A stretch of 64,000 bases of DNA from Thermoanaerobaculia bacterium (GTDB lineage Bacteria; Acidobacteriota; Thermoanaerobaculia; UBA5066; Gp7-AA6). Location: positions 4,482 through 68,481 of the forward strand of contig DATBFU010000153.1 of assembly GCA_036558325.1 (NCBI GenBank), written 5' to 3'. The notes under the pieces are model-generated. The model was not told the origin of the DNA. It did not search any database and was given only the letters and a program-made list of their open reading frames with translations. Made by a program: the position numbers and the translations under genes. Shown here piece after piece: positions 45,184-55,349 of the stretch; the stretch's first letter is position 1, and every line of letters starts with the position of its first letter.

Positions 45184-46893
45184 ATGCAAGAACGCCCGAG
45201 GACCTTCGCCGCGCTCGCCGCGGCGCTCTTGATGACGCTCTCCTCCTCTTCCGCCTTCGCCGCGCCCCCCGCACCGGACTCCGACGCGGTGAAGAAGATC
45301 GTCGCGGAGACTCCGGCCGACCTCCCCGAGCGGCTCGCGCGCTGGAAGCCCGTGGACATGCCGTTCGACGCGAAGGGACTTTCACCGCGCGAGCGGCAGC
45401 TCGTCGAGAAGCTCGTCGCGGCCTGCCGGGATCTCGAAAACCTCTTCTGGCGGCAGAGCGACCCGGAGTCGATCGCCGTCTACCGCGCGCTCGCCGGCGC
45501 CGCGGACCCGCGGGCGCGCGCACTGCGCCGTCTGCTCTGGATCAACGGCGAGCGATGGGACCTCCTCGACGCCCACCGCCCGCTGTACGGCAGGACGCCG
45601 ATGCCGCCCGGCCGTTCGCTCTACCCCGCCGATCTGACGCGAGACGAGGTCGAGGCCTACGTCGCGCGGCATCCCGGCGAGCGGAAGGCCATCTACTCGC
45701 CGTGGACCGTGCTCCGGCGCCGCGGAGAACGGCTGGAGGCCGTCCCGTACCATGTGGCGTACCGTCCCTGGATCGATCCCGCGTCCCGGAAGCTCGCCGA
45801 GGCCGCCGCGCTCTCCGACGACCCCGGATTCGCGAAGTATCTCCGGCTCCTCTCGACGGCGCTGACGACGGACGACTACTACGAGGCGGACTCCGCCTGG
45901 GTCGATCTCGACGCGCCGCGGATCGACCTCGTCTTCGCGCCCTACGAGACCTATCTCGACGACCTGCTCGGCGTGAAAACGTCCTACGGAGCCGCGGTGA
46001 TGGTGCGCAACGAGACCGAGAGCCGCAAGCTCGACCTCTTCCGCAAGTACGTCGCGCAGATCCAGGACGCGCTCCCGCTCCCGCCCGAGGACCGCCCGTC
46101 GCTCGCCGGCAAGGCCGCGCCGATGGAGGTCATGGACACGCCGTTTCGCGCGGGCGATCTGCGCCACGGCTATCAGGCGGTGGCCGACAACCTGCCGAAC
46201 GATCCGCGTATCCACGAGGAAAAGGGATCGAAGCGGCTGTTCTTCAAGAACTACATGGACGCGCGCGTCAACGAGGTCGTCCTCCCGGTCGCGCGCCGCG
46301 TGATGGTCCCCGAGCAGGCGCGGCTCGCGTCCGCGGACGGCTACCTGACCGACGTGCTCATGCACGAGATCTGTCACGGCCTCGGCCCCGCTTTCGCGCG
46401 CACCGCCGCCGGGCGCGTTTCGATCCGCGAATCGGTCGGCGCGATCTTCTCGGCGGTCGAGGAGGCGAAGGCGGACATGACCGGAATGTACGCGCTCGAC
46501 TGGCTCGTCGCGCACGGCGTGTTCCCGAAGGAGCGCCTCGACGAGTTCCAGGCGTCCTACGTCGCCGGAATCTTCCGAACGGTTCGGTTCGGAACCGCGG
46601 AGGCGCATGCCCGCGGGGAGATGATGCAGTTCAATTTCCTTTCCGAGAAGGGCGCGATCCGGCGCACGGACACGGGCCTCTACACGATCGACGCGTCGAA
46701 ATGGCGCGAAGGTGTGGCCGCCCTCGCGAAGGAGCTCCTCGAGATCGAGGCCACCGGCGACCGGGCGCGCGCGGAGGCCTGGTTCGCGCGCTACGACAAG
46801 ATGCCGGAGCACCTGCGCGCGACGCTCGAGCGCGCGAAGGATCTGCCCGTGGACGTCGATCCGAAGATGGCCTTCCCCGAAGGCGTCGAGTAG
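45184..46893 (+). CDS. Dipeptidyl-peptidase III-like (M49 family) zinc peptidase with pentapeptide motif, secreted
   Basis: Signal peptide ending SSSAFAAPP. HEICHGLGP (HExxH rather than HExxGH) plus EEAKADMTG (EExxAD second zinc motif). Confidence 0.7.
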   Translation: MQERPRTFAALAAALLMTLSSSSAFAAPPAPDSDAVKKIVAETPADLPERLARWKPVDMPFDAKGLSPRERQLVEKLVAACRDLENLFWRQSDPESIAVYRALAGAADPRARALRRLLWINGERWDLLDAHRPLYGRTPMPPGRSLYPADLTRDEVEAYVARHPGERKAIYSPWTVLRRRGERLEAVPYHVAYRPWIDPASRKLAEAAALSDDPGFAKYLRLLSTALTTDDYYEADSAWVDLDAPRIDLVFAPYETYLDDLLGVKTSYGAAVMVRNETESRKLDLFRKYVAQIQDALPLPPEDRPSLAGKAAPMEVMDTPFRAGDLRHGYQAVADNLPNDPRIHEEKGSKRLFFKNYMDARVNEVVLPVARRVMVPEQARLASADGYLTDVLMHEICHGLGPAFARTAAGRVSIRESVGAIFSAVEEAKADMTGMYALDWLVAHGVFPKERLDEFQASYVAGIFRTVRFGTAEAHARGEMMQFNFLSEKGAIRRTDTGLYTIDASKWREGVAALAKELLEIEATGDRARAEAWFARYDKMPEHLRATLERAKDLPVDVDPKMAFPEGVE

Positions 46894-46928
46894 AGCGGCG
46901 CGTCCGCCGCACGCCGGCGTGCGCTCCG

Positions 46929-47834
46929 CTACGTCCGGTGGCGGAAGGCGAGAAGGCGGCCGCGGCGTTTTTCCGCGGCTCCGGTGGCGGCGGCGAGGAC
47001 CGGTTCCCCCACGGTGTCGCGCGGAAGCCCCGAGGTGTTCGCGACCCAGCTCAAGATCTCGTCGGCGAAGTCCGGATTGAGCTCCTTCATCCGCTGATAC
47101 GCGCGCTGGGCCGTGTCGCGCTGTCCCTGCTTCAGGGTGTTGGTGGCGATGGTATGCCACGCGGAAGCGTTGGCCGGCTTGAGTCGGATCGCTTCGCGCA
47201 CGGCCTGATCGGACTCCGCGTAACGGCCCATCTCCGAGTAAAGGCTCGCGAGATCGCTCCAGAGGTCGGAGCGGTCCGGACGCCCCGCCAGGGCCTCGCG
47301 GTAGGCGGCCGCGGCCGCCTCACGGTCGCCGAGATCCCGCAGGGTTCGGCCGAGCTCGATACCGGCTCCGGACGCATCGGCGGGGTCGAGCCGCGCGGCC
47401 TCGCGCAGCGCGGTGACCGCCTCGCGCAGCCTTCCGGCGCGCCGGCGAGCCACGCCGAGCTCGCGCCACAGGGCGGGGTTCGCGGGCTGTTCGTCCACGG
47501 CCGCCTCGCGGTAGCGCAGCTCGTCGGCCGGGCGTTCGAGCTCGCGCGCGCAACCCGCCAGCCGGTCCCATGTCGCGGCCGTGGCGCGGCCCGCCGCGAC
47601 GACGCGCTCGAGCACGTCGATGGCGCGCTCGTAGTCGGCGGTATCGAAGTAGGCGCTCCCCAGGCGCTCCCAGAGCTCCGGCATCTCGGCCTCGAGTCCG
47701 GGAAGGACCTCGTCGAGAGCGCTCGCGGCGGCGGCCAGATCGCCCTCGCGATAGGCGGCGAGACCACGGCGAATCGAATCCTCGATCCGGTCACGAGCGT
47801 GATCGGACCCGGGCGTCCTGCGGTCTTCGACCAT
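46929..47834 (-). CDS. Tetratricopeptide repeat protein
   Basis: Multiple TPR-like units (A..Y..A..P pattern), e.g. WSDLASLYSEMGRYAESDQAVREAIRLKPANASAW. Confidence 0.7.
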   Translation of the reverse strand: MVEDRRTPGSDHARDRIEDSIRRGLAAYREGDLAAAASALDEVLPGLEAEMPELWERLGSAYFDTADYERAIDVLERVVAAGRATAATWDRLAGCARELERPADELRYREAAVDEQPANPALWRELGVARRRAGRLREAVTALREAARLDPADASGAGIELGRTLRDLGDREAAAAAYREALAGRPDRSDLWSDLASLYSEMGRYAESDQAVREAIRLKPANASAWHTIATNTLKQGQRDTAQRAYQRMKELNPDFADEILSWVANTSGLPRDTVGEPVLAAATGAAEKRRGRLLAFRHRT

Positions 47835-47867
47835 TTCTTCGCAGATTTTCCCTTCCTCGTTTCGGCA

Positions 47868-47894
47868 ATCAAATCAATAGTGTCTATGTTTGAT
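47868..47894. promoter_or_regulatory. AT-rich inverted repeat ATCAAA-N15-TTTGAT with a nested ATAG-N3-CTAT (candidate LysR-type operator)
   Basis: Read directly from the sequence in the TPR / LysR divergent spacer. It ends 20 nt upstream of ATG 47915. Confidence 0.4.
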
Positions 47895-47914
47895 ATAAGA
47901 GCCGCTAATAGGCC

Positions 47915-48787
47915 ATGGAGATCCAGCAGGCCCGCGTTTTTCTCGCCGTCGCCCGCGAAGGCAGCTTCAGCGCGGCGGCGCGCCGCCTCTATCGCACGCA
48001 GCCCACGGTCACCATGGCGGTCCAGAAGCTCGAGCGCGAGCTCGGCGCGCGACTCTTCGAGCGCGTGGGTCACGGCGTGCGTCTGACCCGCTCGGGGCGT
48101 CTCTTCCTGGAATCCGTCGGCCCCCTCGTCGAGCAGTGGGACCGGACGGCCCGCCGGCTTCAGGAGTCGGCCGACGGAATTCTTCGAGGGCCGGTTCGCG
48201 TCGGCGCCGGCGAAGCGGGAATTCTCTATCTGTTGCCCGGGCCGATCCGCTCGTTTCTCCGGCGCCACCCGCGCGTCGACGTCATCATCCGGCACCGGCC
48301 GGCCGCGGAGACCCTCGCGATGCTGCGCCAGGGCGAGATCGACTTCGCGCTGCGCGCGCTGCCCGAGCCTCCCGCCGACATGGCCTACTTTCCGTTCCGG
48401 ACGGCGGACCGGCTTCTCATCGCGCCGCCCAACCATCCCGTGCACCGGGCCAAGAGCCTGACCCTCGAGGTCCTCGCGCGCTATCCGTTCATTCTTCCGT
48501 GGCCCGGCTCGGCCACGCGAAAGCTGATCGAGGGGCTCTTCGCCGAGCGGGGCCTTCCGCTGCAGGTCTCGCTCGAGGCCGGCGGATGGGAGGCGATCAA
48601 GCGGTACGCCGGATTGGGCCTGGGGATCGCCGTCGTCCCGGACTTCTGCCTCGAACAGGGGGACCGCCGCCTCGCCGCGCGTCCCGCGCGCGCTCTCTTT
48701 GGCCAGGACACGTACGGCATCGTCACCAAGCGCGGCCGCGAGATCTCGCCGGCCGCGCGATCGCTCATCGCCGAGATCGCGCCGTAG
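47915..48787 (+). CDS. LysR family transcriptional regulator
   Basis: N-terminal HTH ARVFLAVAREGSFSAAARRLYRTQPTVTMAVQKLERELGARLFER plus a substrate-binding domain of typical length. Confidence 0.9.
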   Translation: MEIQQARVFLAVAREGSFSAAARRLYRTQPTVTMAVQKLERELGARLFERVGHGVRLTRSGRLFLESVGPLVEQWDRTARRLQESADGILRGPVRVGAGEAGILYLLPGPIRSFLRRHPRVDVIIRHRPAAETLAMLRQGEIDFALRALPEPPADMAYFPFRTADRLLIAPPNHPVHRAKSLTLEVLARYPFILPWPGSATRKLIEGLFAERGLPLQVSLEAGGWEAIKRYAGLGLGIAVVPDFCLEQGDRRLAARPARALFGQDTYGIVTKRGREISPAARSLIAEIAP

Positions 48788-48791
48788 GAGA

Positions 48792-51700
48792 ATGGTCTCC
48801 CCCGTGGCCGTCCAGTCCTTCCTCCCCTTCGACTCCGAGCCGGCGGAGGGCGCCGCGCCGCCGGCGCTCCTCGAGGATCTCGCACGCGTCTGCCGCGAGC
48901 ATCCTCTCGAGGAGAAGATTCTCGTCGCGCCCACGCTCGCGATCGGTCATCAGCTCGCCGAGCGGCTCGCGCGCTCGGGGACTCCGTGGATCGGACTGCG
49001 CGTCGAGACCGTGCGCACGCTCGCGCACGCGGTCGTCGGCGCGGATCTCGTCCGGGAAGGACTCCGCGTCCTGTCGCGCGCGCAGTCGCTCGCGCTCGTC
49101 GAGCAGGCATGCGCCGAGGCCCTCGGGCCCCGATCGTATTTCGGCGGCCTTCGCGACAAGCCCGGTCTTCACCGCGCCCTGCAGGCGACTCTCGAGGAGC
49201 TCGGGGCCGCCGGCCTCGATCCCGAACGGCTCCCCCCCGGGGCTTTCGTGGACCGGCAGAAACATCGGGAGCTGCGGGAAGTCTCGCGCCGCCACGCGGC
49301 CGCGCTCGAAGCCGTCCGGGGTGTGGACTCGCTGGGCATCCTGCGGCGCGCCGTCGCGGCGCTCGAGGCGGGCGGCCGGAGCCGGCGCGACGCGATCTTC
49401 CTGCTCCCGGCCGAGCACGATCTCTCCCCCCTGTCGCGGCGATTCCTCGAGGCGCTCTCCGGCGGCGGACTGCGCTTGGTGGGGCGCACCGATCCGGAGG
49501 CCTGGCGCGTGATGGCCCCCCGCGCGCGCTTCTTCCGCGCGACGGGTGAGGAGAACGAGATCCGCGAGATCTTCCGCAGGATCCTCGAGAACGGGTGGCG
49601 CTTCGACGAGGTCGAGATCCTCCACACGGACCCGACCGTCTATCCCGCGCTCCTCTGGGAGCTCTCGCGCGAGCACGACGTTCCCTGCACGTTCTCCGGC
49701 GGCATCGCCGCGACCTTCACGCGCCCGGGCCGGGCGGCGCTCGCGTTCCTCGACTGGATCGGCGGCGACTTCGCGGCCGACGTCCTCCGCGGGGCGCTCG
49801 CCTCCGGGGCCCTCGCGCTGCCGGCTCCGTCCGATCAAGGCGTCGAGCCGCTCTCCGCGCGCGCCGCGGCGAGCGAGCTGCGCGAGGCCGCCATCGGGTG
49901 GGGTCGGGACCGGCATCGCCGGTGTCTCGACCGCCTCGTGGCGGAGCTCGAGAGACCCGAGATTCCCCGCCGCGGCGAGGAGGACCCGACGCCGGAGCAG
50001 GCCGCGCGCCGGCGGCAGCGCCTCGCCCGGCGCCTCGAAGCGGCGCGTGGCGCGCGCGCGCTCGTACGGCGTGCCCTCGAGCTCGCGCCGCGCGCGCTCG
50101 AGGAGCCGGGAGACCTGCCGGCGCTCGCCCGCGCGGCACGCGAGTTCGTCGGCGCGTACGGGCGCGTGGCGGATCCGCTCGACGCGAGCGCGCGCACCGC
50201 TCTCGACGCGCTCTTCGAAGAGCTGCAGGCGCTCGTCCTCTTGCGCGGGACGGCCGCCCAGGCCGTCGAACGTCTGCGCAGCGCGGTCGCCGGGCTCGCG
50301 ATCGCTCCCGACCGGCCCCGCCCCGGCCGCGTGCACGTCGCCGGAATCCGCGAAGGCGGGTTCTCCGGCCGGCCCCACGTGTTCCTGGCGGGACTCGACG
50401 AGGGACGGCATCCGGGCCGCGATCTCGAGGACCCGATCCTCCTCGACGAGGAGCGCCGCCGAATCAACGAGACGCTCGCGGCGCCGGCGCTCGCCCTCCA
50501 GCGCGCGCGTCCGGCGGAGACCGCCGCGGCGCTCAAGGCGTGCCTCGCGCGACTCCCGGGCGACCTGACGGCCAGCTATTCGAGCTTCGGCCTTCGCAAT
50601 CTCTCGCAGGCGGGAGAGCCCGCCCCGTCTCCCTTTCTCCTCGAGCTCTTCCGCGAGCGCTCCCGCCGCCCCGACGCCGACTACGCCGACCTCGCCCGCG
50701 AGCTCCCCGAAGCGGCGGGTTTCGTGCCGTCGCTCGGGCGCGCGCTCGACGACTCGGAACGCTGGCTCGCGGTCCTGCGCGATTCCCGCGGCGCGGAAGC
50801 GGCCGCCGGCGCCGTGCGTGCGGCGTACCCCTGGCTCGAGGACGGCCGCCGCGCGCGCGAGGCGCGCGAAAGCGACGAGCTCACGGTCTGGGACGGCTGG
50901 GTGAAGTCGGGCACGCGGGAGCTCGATCCGCGCGGGGACGGCGGCCCCATCTCCGCCACGCGAATCCAGGCGCTGGCCACCTGCCCGTTCGCCTACTTCC
51001 TGCGGTCCGTCCTCCGGGTCGAGAGACCGGAGGAGCTGCGGCGGGATCCCGGCGTGTGGCTCGAGCCGATGGACGAGGGCAGTCTCCTGCACGACGTGTT
51101 CCGGGCGCTCCTCGCGGAGATCACCGCCGCGGGAGAGAAGCCCCGATTCGACCGGCACTTCGCGCGCCTCGAGGAGATCGCGAACGATCGCATCGCCGCC
51201 TGGAGCGAGGCCAAGCCGCCGCGCAGCCGCGTGGCGTTCGACGAGCAGAAAAAATCGATCCTCTTCGCGTGCCGGACGTTTCTCCGGTTGGAAGAGATCC
51301 ACTGCCGCGAGGTCCGTCCGCGCCACTTCGAGGTGGGGTTCGGGATCGGCCGCCTCGCGGGCGGCGGCGCGTCGGCGTTCTCGAGCCCGGATCCGGTCGA
51401 GATCGCGCTCGGAGGCGGCCGGCATTTCCGGCTTCGCGGCTCGATCGACCGCGTGGACGAGGCCGCCGACGGATCCTTCCAGGTCTGGGACTACAAGACC
51501 GGATCGACGTGGAGCGTCCGGGAGGGCGCGGGTCTTCGCGGAGGCCGCCAGATCCAGCCGGCGCTCTACGCGATGGCCTTCGACACCCTCCTCGAGCGTG
51601 CGGGAATCGCCGGACGCGTCGCGCGCACCGGCTATTTCTTCCCCGGCCGCAAGGGCGAGGGGCGGCGCATCGTGCATCCGATCGATCCCGCGGAGGCGCG

Positions 51701-51902
51701 CGACGTGCTCGAGCGCCTCTTCGATCTCCTCGCGGCCGGGCTCTTCCCGCACGCGACGGCGCGCGACGGCTGCCGCCACTGCGACTTCGAGGAGATCTGC
51801 GGCGGCGCCGCGGCCGCCGAGCAGTCCGAGCGCAAGCTCGCCCGGTCGGAGCATCCGGCGCTGGTCGCCTTCCGCGAGATCCATGGCGAAAAGAAGGACT
51901 GA
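48792..51902 (+). CDS. addB: AddB-type helicase-nuclease subunit (PD-(D/E)XK nuclease with iron-staple cysteines, no Walker A)
   Basis: C-terminal nuclease GSIDRVDEAADGSFQVWDYKTG. Cys set ATCPFAYF plus CRHCDFEEIC (C-x2-C-x5-C). AGGAG Shine-Dalgarno before ATG 48792. Confidence 0.8.
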   Translation: MVSPVAVQSFLPFDSEPAEGAAPPALLEDLARVCREHPLEEKILVAPTLAIGHQLAERLARSGTPWIGLRVETVRTLAHAVVGADLVREGLRVLSRAQSLALVEQACAEALGPRSYFGGLRDKPGLHRALQATLEELGAAGLDPERLPPGAFVDRQKHRELREVSRRHAAALEAVRGVDSLGILRRAVAALEAGGRSRRDAIFLLPAEHDLSPLSRRFLEALSGGGLRLVGRTDPEAWRVMAPRARFFRATGEENEIREIFRRILENGWRFDEVEILHTDPTVYPALLWELSREHDVPCTFSGGIAATFTRPGRAALAFLDWIGGDFAADVLRGALASGALALPAPSDQGVEPLSARAAASELREAAIGWGRDRHRRCLDRLVAELERPEIPRRGEEDPTPEQAARRRQRLARRLEAARGARALVRRALELAPRALEEPGDLPALARAAREFVGAYGRVADPLDASARTALDALFEELQALVLLRGTAAQAVERLRSAVAGLAIAPDRPRPGRVHVAGIREGGFSGRPHVFLAGLDEGRHPGRDLEDPILLDEERRRINETLAAPALALQRARPAETAAALKACLARLPGDLTASYSSFGLRNLSQAGEPAPSPFLLELFRERSRRPDADYADLARELPEAAGFVPSLGRALDDSERWLAVLRDSRGAEAAAGAVRAAYPWLEDGRRAREARESDELTVWDGWVKSGTRELDPRGDGGPISATRIQALATCPFAYFLRSVLRVERPEELRRDPGVWLEPMDEGSLLHDVFRALLAEITAAGEKPRFDRHFARLEEIANDRIAAWSEAKPPRSRVAFDEQKKSILFACRTFLRLEEIHCREVRPRHFEVGFGIGRLAGGGASAFSSPDPVEIALGGGRHFRLRGSIDRVDEAADGSFQVWDYKTGSTWSVREGAGLRGGRQIQPALYAMAFDTLLERAGIAGRVARTGYFFPGRKGEGRRIVHPIDPAEARDVLERLFDLLAAGLFPHATARDGCRHCDFEEICGGAAAAEQSERKLARSEHPALVAFREIHGEKKD

Positions 51903-54900
51903 CGGCCCGGCCGCGCCGTTCCCGGACGAAGACGCGCGGCGCGCGATTCGGGAGGATCTCTCGACGACGATCCTCGTCGAAGCGGCCGCGGGGACCGGCA
52001 AGACCCGCGCGCTCGTGGACCGCATGGTGGCGACGATCGCGACCGGGCGGGCCACGATGGATTGCCTCGCCGCCGTCACGTTCACGATCAAAGCGGCGGC
52101 GCAGCTGCGTCAGAGATTTCAGAACGCACTCGAGGCAGCGCTGCGTGAGGAATCGGACGCCCTCCGGCGCCAACGGCTGAGGGATGCGCTCGCGCGCGTG
52201 GACCTCTGCTTCGTGGGCACCATCCACGCCTTCGGCGCGCGCCTGCTGCGGGAGCGGCCCGTCGAGGCCGGAATCGAGCCCGGATTCCTCGAGATGGACG
52301 AGCCCGAGGACGGCGTCGCCCGAGGCGAGGCCTGGGAGCGATTCACGGCCGGCCTTTTCCTTCGGGACGACCCGAGGGTCGAGCGGCTCATCGAGCTCGG
52401 CGTCCCGCTCGGCGACCTCGAGAGAGCCTTCGACACCGTCTGCGAGTACGCCGACGTCGAGATCGCCGCCGAAGGGGAGGGGCCGGAGCCCGATTTCACG
52501 GCCGCGCGCCGCGCCGTCGAGGCCTTTCTCGAACGCGCCGCGCCCACGATTCCGGCGGAACCGCCGGCCGGAGGATGGACGGGATTCCAGGAAACCGTGC
52601 GGAGCGCGCGGCGCCTGGGAGAGATCCTCGAGACGGACCGCGCACGCGACTTCGTGCGCGTCCTGCGCGTCCTGCGACGGAGCGACGCCTCGAAGCAGGC
52701 CGGCGCGTTCAAGTCGGCGGCCGATTCGCTCCGCGAAGACTTCGTCAAACCGGCGCTCGCGCGCTGGGCGGAGCACGTCCATCCCGCCGTCATGCGCGTG
52801 CTCTCGGACGCGCGCGACGAATACCGGGACTGGCGGCGGGCTCAGGCGCGCCTCAATTTCCAGGACCTGCTGCTCGAAGCGCGCGATCTCCTGCGCGACC
52901 ACCCGGAGGCGAGGCGCTCGCTCGCCCGGCGGTTCACTCCGATCCTCGTGGACGAGTTCCAGGACACGGACCCGCTCCAGGCGGAGATCCTCATGCTCCT
53001 CACCGGCGCCGAGACCGACGAGCGCGACTGGCGGCGGCTCACGCCGGTCCCCGGCTCGCTCTTCGTCGTCGGCGATCCGAAGCAATCGATCTATCGCTTC
53101 CGCCGCGCCGACATCGAGACGTATGAAGACGTGCGCACGCGCATCGCGCGCAGCGGCCGCGTTCTGAAGCTCTCCACGAACTTCCGATCGAACGCGCCGC
53201 TCTGCGACTGGATCAATCGGACTTTTTCGCCTCTCTTTCCGGCCGAGCCCTCACGCGAACAGGCCGGCTACGTCCCGCTCGTCGCACGGGACGCCTCCTC
53301 GGGCCCGGCCGAGGTCTTTCGGATCGTCTGCCCGTCGCAGGGAAACACGATCAAACCCGTCGTCACGCACGATGCCCGCCGCATCGCCGGAAACATCGCC
53401 GCCGCGCTCGCGCGGCGCGAGCGGACGCCGGGCGACTTTCTCGTGCTCTTCCGGCGCCGCACCTACATGACCGACTACGCGCAGGCCCTCGAGGAACGGG
53501 GCGTGCCCTACGAAATCGCGGGCGGCGGCGCCTTCCGATCCGCCGACCTCGCGGCGTTTCTGCCGCTCCTCCAGACGCTCGCGGAGCCCGACGATCCCGT
53601 TCCGCTCGTCGCCGCGCTGCGCGGCGCGATTTTCGGCGTGGATGACGAGGCGCTCTATCGGTTCATGCGCGCCGGCGGGCGCTTCGACGCGCGTATCGAG
53701 CCACCGGCCGCGGCGGATCCGCGCATCCGTCGCGCGTTCGATCTCTTTCGCGAAGGCGCCCGTCTGGCCGAAACGCTCCCCCCGGCGGCGGCGATCTCGC
53801 GCTTCGCGGACCGGCTGGGCTGGATCGCCGCGACGGCCGCCGAGCCCCTCGGAGACAGCCGCGCCGGGAATCTCGTGAAGGCGCTCGCCGCGGCGCGCAA
53901 GCTCTCCGCCGAGGGGCGCGATTTCCCGACGCTCGTGCGGGAGCTCGACCGGCTGCGCCGCGAGGACCTGATCGAGCAGATGAGCCTGGAACCGGGCCGG
54001 CCGTCCGCCGTCCGCCTCATGACGCTTCATGGCGCGAAGGGGCTCGAGGCGCCCGTCGTCTTCCTGGCCGAGCCCGCGGCCGATCTCCCCGACCGGACTC
54101 ACTGCTCGATCGATCGCAGCGCCTCGCCGGCGCGCGGGCATTTCCGCGTCGTCGTGCGGCGCGGCGAGCGCAGCACCGACGAGATCGCGCGCCCTTCCGG
54201 ATGGGAGCCGATGCAGGAGCGCGAGGAGCGGTTCGAGAACGCCGAAAAGACGCGCTTTCTCTACGTCGGCGCGACGCGGGCGCGCGAGTCGCTCGTCGTG
54301 AGCGTGAAGCGCGCGGCGGGGGGAAAGTCCGGCGGGACGTGGGCGACGCTCGACCCCCGCCTGCGGGCGGACCTTCCGGAATCCGCGCCCGTCCCGCCCG
54401 TTCCCGCGGCGCCGGCGAGCGCGGCGTCCGACCTCGTGGCGGGCAGTCGCGCGCGCGGACAGGCGCGCCGGACGGCGAGCGCCGCCCCGAGCTTCCATAC
54501 CGCCCAGGTCACCGCGCTCGCCCACGCCGGCGCCGGGGACTCGCCGCTGCGGGAGAGCACCGGCCGCGGAATGGAGTGGGGCCACATCATTCATCGTCTC
54601 CTCGAGGCCGCGATGCGGGACGCGTCGGCAGATCTACCCGCCCTCGCGCGCAACCTCTTCGCCGAGACGGATCGTCCGACGACGGATCTCGAGGACGCGC
54701 TCGCGCTCGTCGACGCGGCGCGCCGCTCGCCGCTCTGGACGCGGGCGCTCGCCGCGAAGCGCCGGCTCGTCGAGGTGCCGTTCGCCCTCACGGTCCCCTC
54801 CGCCGAGCTCGGCCTTCCCCATCCGCCCGCGGAGACGCTCCTGACCGGCGCGATCGACCTGCTCTTCGAGGACGAGTCCGGCTGGACGCTCGTGGACTAC

Positions 54901-55137
54901 AAGTCCGACCACATCGCCGGCAATCTCGAGGCGCTCGCGCGCTGGTACGCGCCGCAGATCCGGCACTACCGGCGCTACTGGTCGAAGCTGACGGGGCGCC
55001 CGACGCGGGCCGGGCTCTTCTTCGTCGAGACGGGAGAGGAAGTGTGGCTGCCGGAGGAATTCGAAGAAAACGGCGCGGGCGCGGTTACTGGATCCGCGGC
55101 GGGGTCTTCGCGCCCGGCTGTCCGGCCACGTAGCTGA
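51883..55137 (+). CDS. addA: AddA-type UvrD/Rep superfamily-1 helicase with C-terminal RecB-like nuclease
   Basis: Walker A EAAAGTGKT, motif II LVDEFQDTD, and the nuclease motif GAIDLLFEDESGWTLVDYKSD. It overlaps the addB end by 20 nt. Confidence 0.85.
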   Translation: MAKRRTDGPAAPFPDEDARRAIREDLSTTILVEAAAGTGKTRALVDRMVATIATGRATMDCLAAVTFTIKAAAQLRQRFQNALEAALREESDALRRQRLRDALARVDLCFVGTIHAFGARLLRERPVEAGIEPGFLEMDEPEDGVARGEAWERFTAGLFLRDDPRVERLIELGVPLGDLERAFDTVCEYADVEIAAEGEGPEPDFTAARRAVEAFLERAAPTIPAEPPAGGWTGFQETVRSARRLGEILETDRARDFVRVLRVLRRSDASKQAGAFKSAADSLREDFVKPALARWAEHVHPAVMRVLSDARDEYRDWRRAQARLNFQDLLLEARDLLRDHPEARRSLARRFTPILVDEFQDTDPLQAEILMLLTGAETDERDWRRLTPVPGSLFVVGDPKQSIYRFRRADIETYEDVRTRIARSGRVLKLSTNFRSNAPLCDWINRTFSPLFPAEPSREQAGYVPLVARDASSGPAEVFRIVCPSQGNTIKPVVTHDARRIAGNIAAALARRERTPGDFLVLFRRRTYMTDYAQALEERGVPYEIAGGGAFRSADLAAFLPLLQTLAEPDDPVPLVAALRGAIFGVDDEALYRFMRAGGRFDARIEPPAAADPRIRRAFDLFREGARLAETLPPAAAISRFADRLGWIAATAAEPLGDSRAGNLVKALAAARKLSAEGRDFPTLVRELDRLRREDLIEQMSLEPGRPSAVRLMTLHGAKGLEAPVVFLAEPAADLPDRTHCSIDRSASPARGHFRVVVRRGERSTDEIARPSGWEPMQEREERFENAEKTRFLYVGATRARESLVVSVKRAAGGKSGGTWATLDPRLRADLPESAPVPPVPAAPASAASDLVAGSRARGQARRTASAAPSFHTAQVTALAHAGAGDSPLRESTGRGMEWGHIIHRLLEAAMRDASADLPALARNLFAETDRPTTDLEDALALVDAARRSPLWTRALAAKRRLVEVPFALTVPSAELGLPHPPAETLLTGAIDLLFEDESGWTLVDYKSDHIAGNLEALARWYAPQIRHYRRYWSKLTGRPTRAGLFFVETGEEVWLPEEFEENGAGAVTGSAAGSSRPAVRPRS

Positions 55138-55291
55138 TGACGAAACGCCCGTTGGGTTTGCGGACGATCTCGTTCAACCGCAGCGTCAGGGCCTCGAGGA
55201 ACTCGTCGCCGCCCTCGAGAACCTCGACGCCTCCGAGAGCGCCCGGCGAGGCGTTCGGTTCGGGGGTGTCTTCCCTGACCTCGATCTTCAT
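55085..55291 (-). CDS. Hypothetical small protein (68 aa)
   Basis: Third positions are mostly G/C, which suggests coding. There is no convincing Shine-Dalgarno and I recognise no family. Its 3' end overlaps the addA tail by 53 nt. Confidence 0.3.
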   Translation of the reverse strand: MKIEVREDTPEPNASPGALGGVEVLEGGDEFLEALTLRLNEIVRKPNGRFVISYVAGQPGAKTPPRIQ

Positions 55292-55349
55292 GCCCTACGG
55301 AGGGAGCAATCGCAGCGCCAGAGGATCGCAGATATCTTAAGTCGTTGAT

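Noticed and set aside
48765-52091. 1108-aa minus-strand ORF antisense to addB
   Set aside because: Low-complexity R/E/A/G composition. The plus strand carries clear AddB nuclease and Fe-S motifs.
48792-55137. Nuclease plus UvrD-helicase pair as a possible novel anti-phage defence system
   Set aside because: Domain order, the AddB iron-staple cysteines, the RecB-type nuclease motifs on both proteins and the addB-addA order match canonical AddAB recombinational repair enzymes. No accompanying defence-type genes are present.
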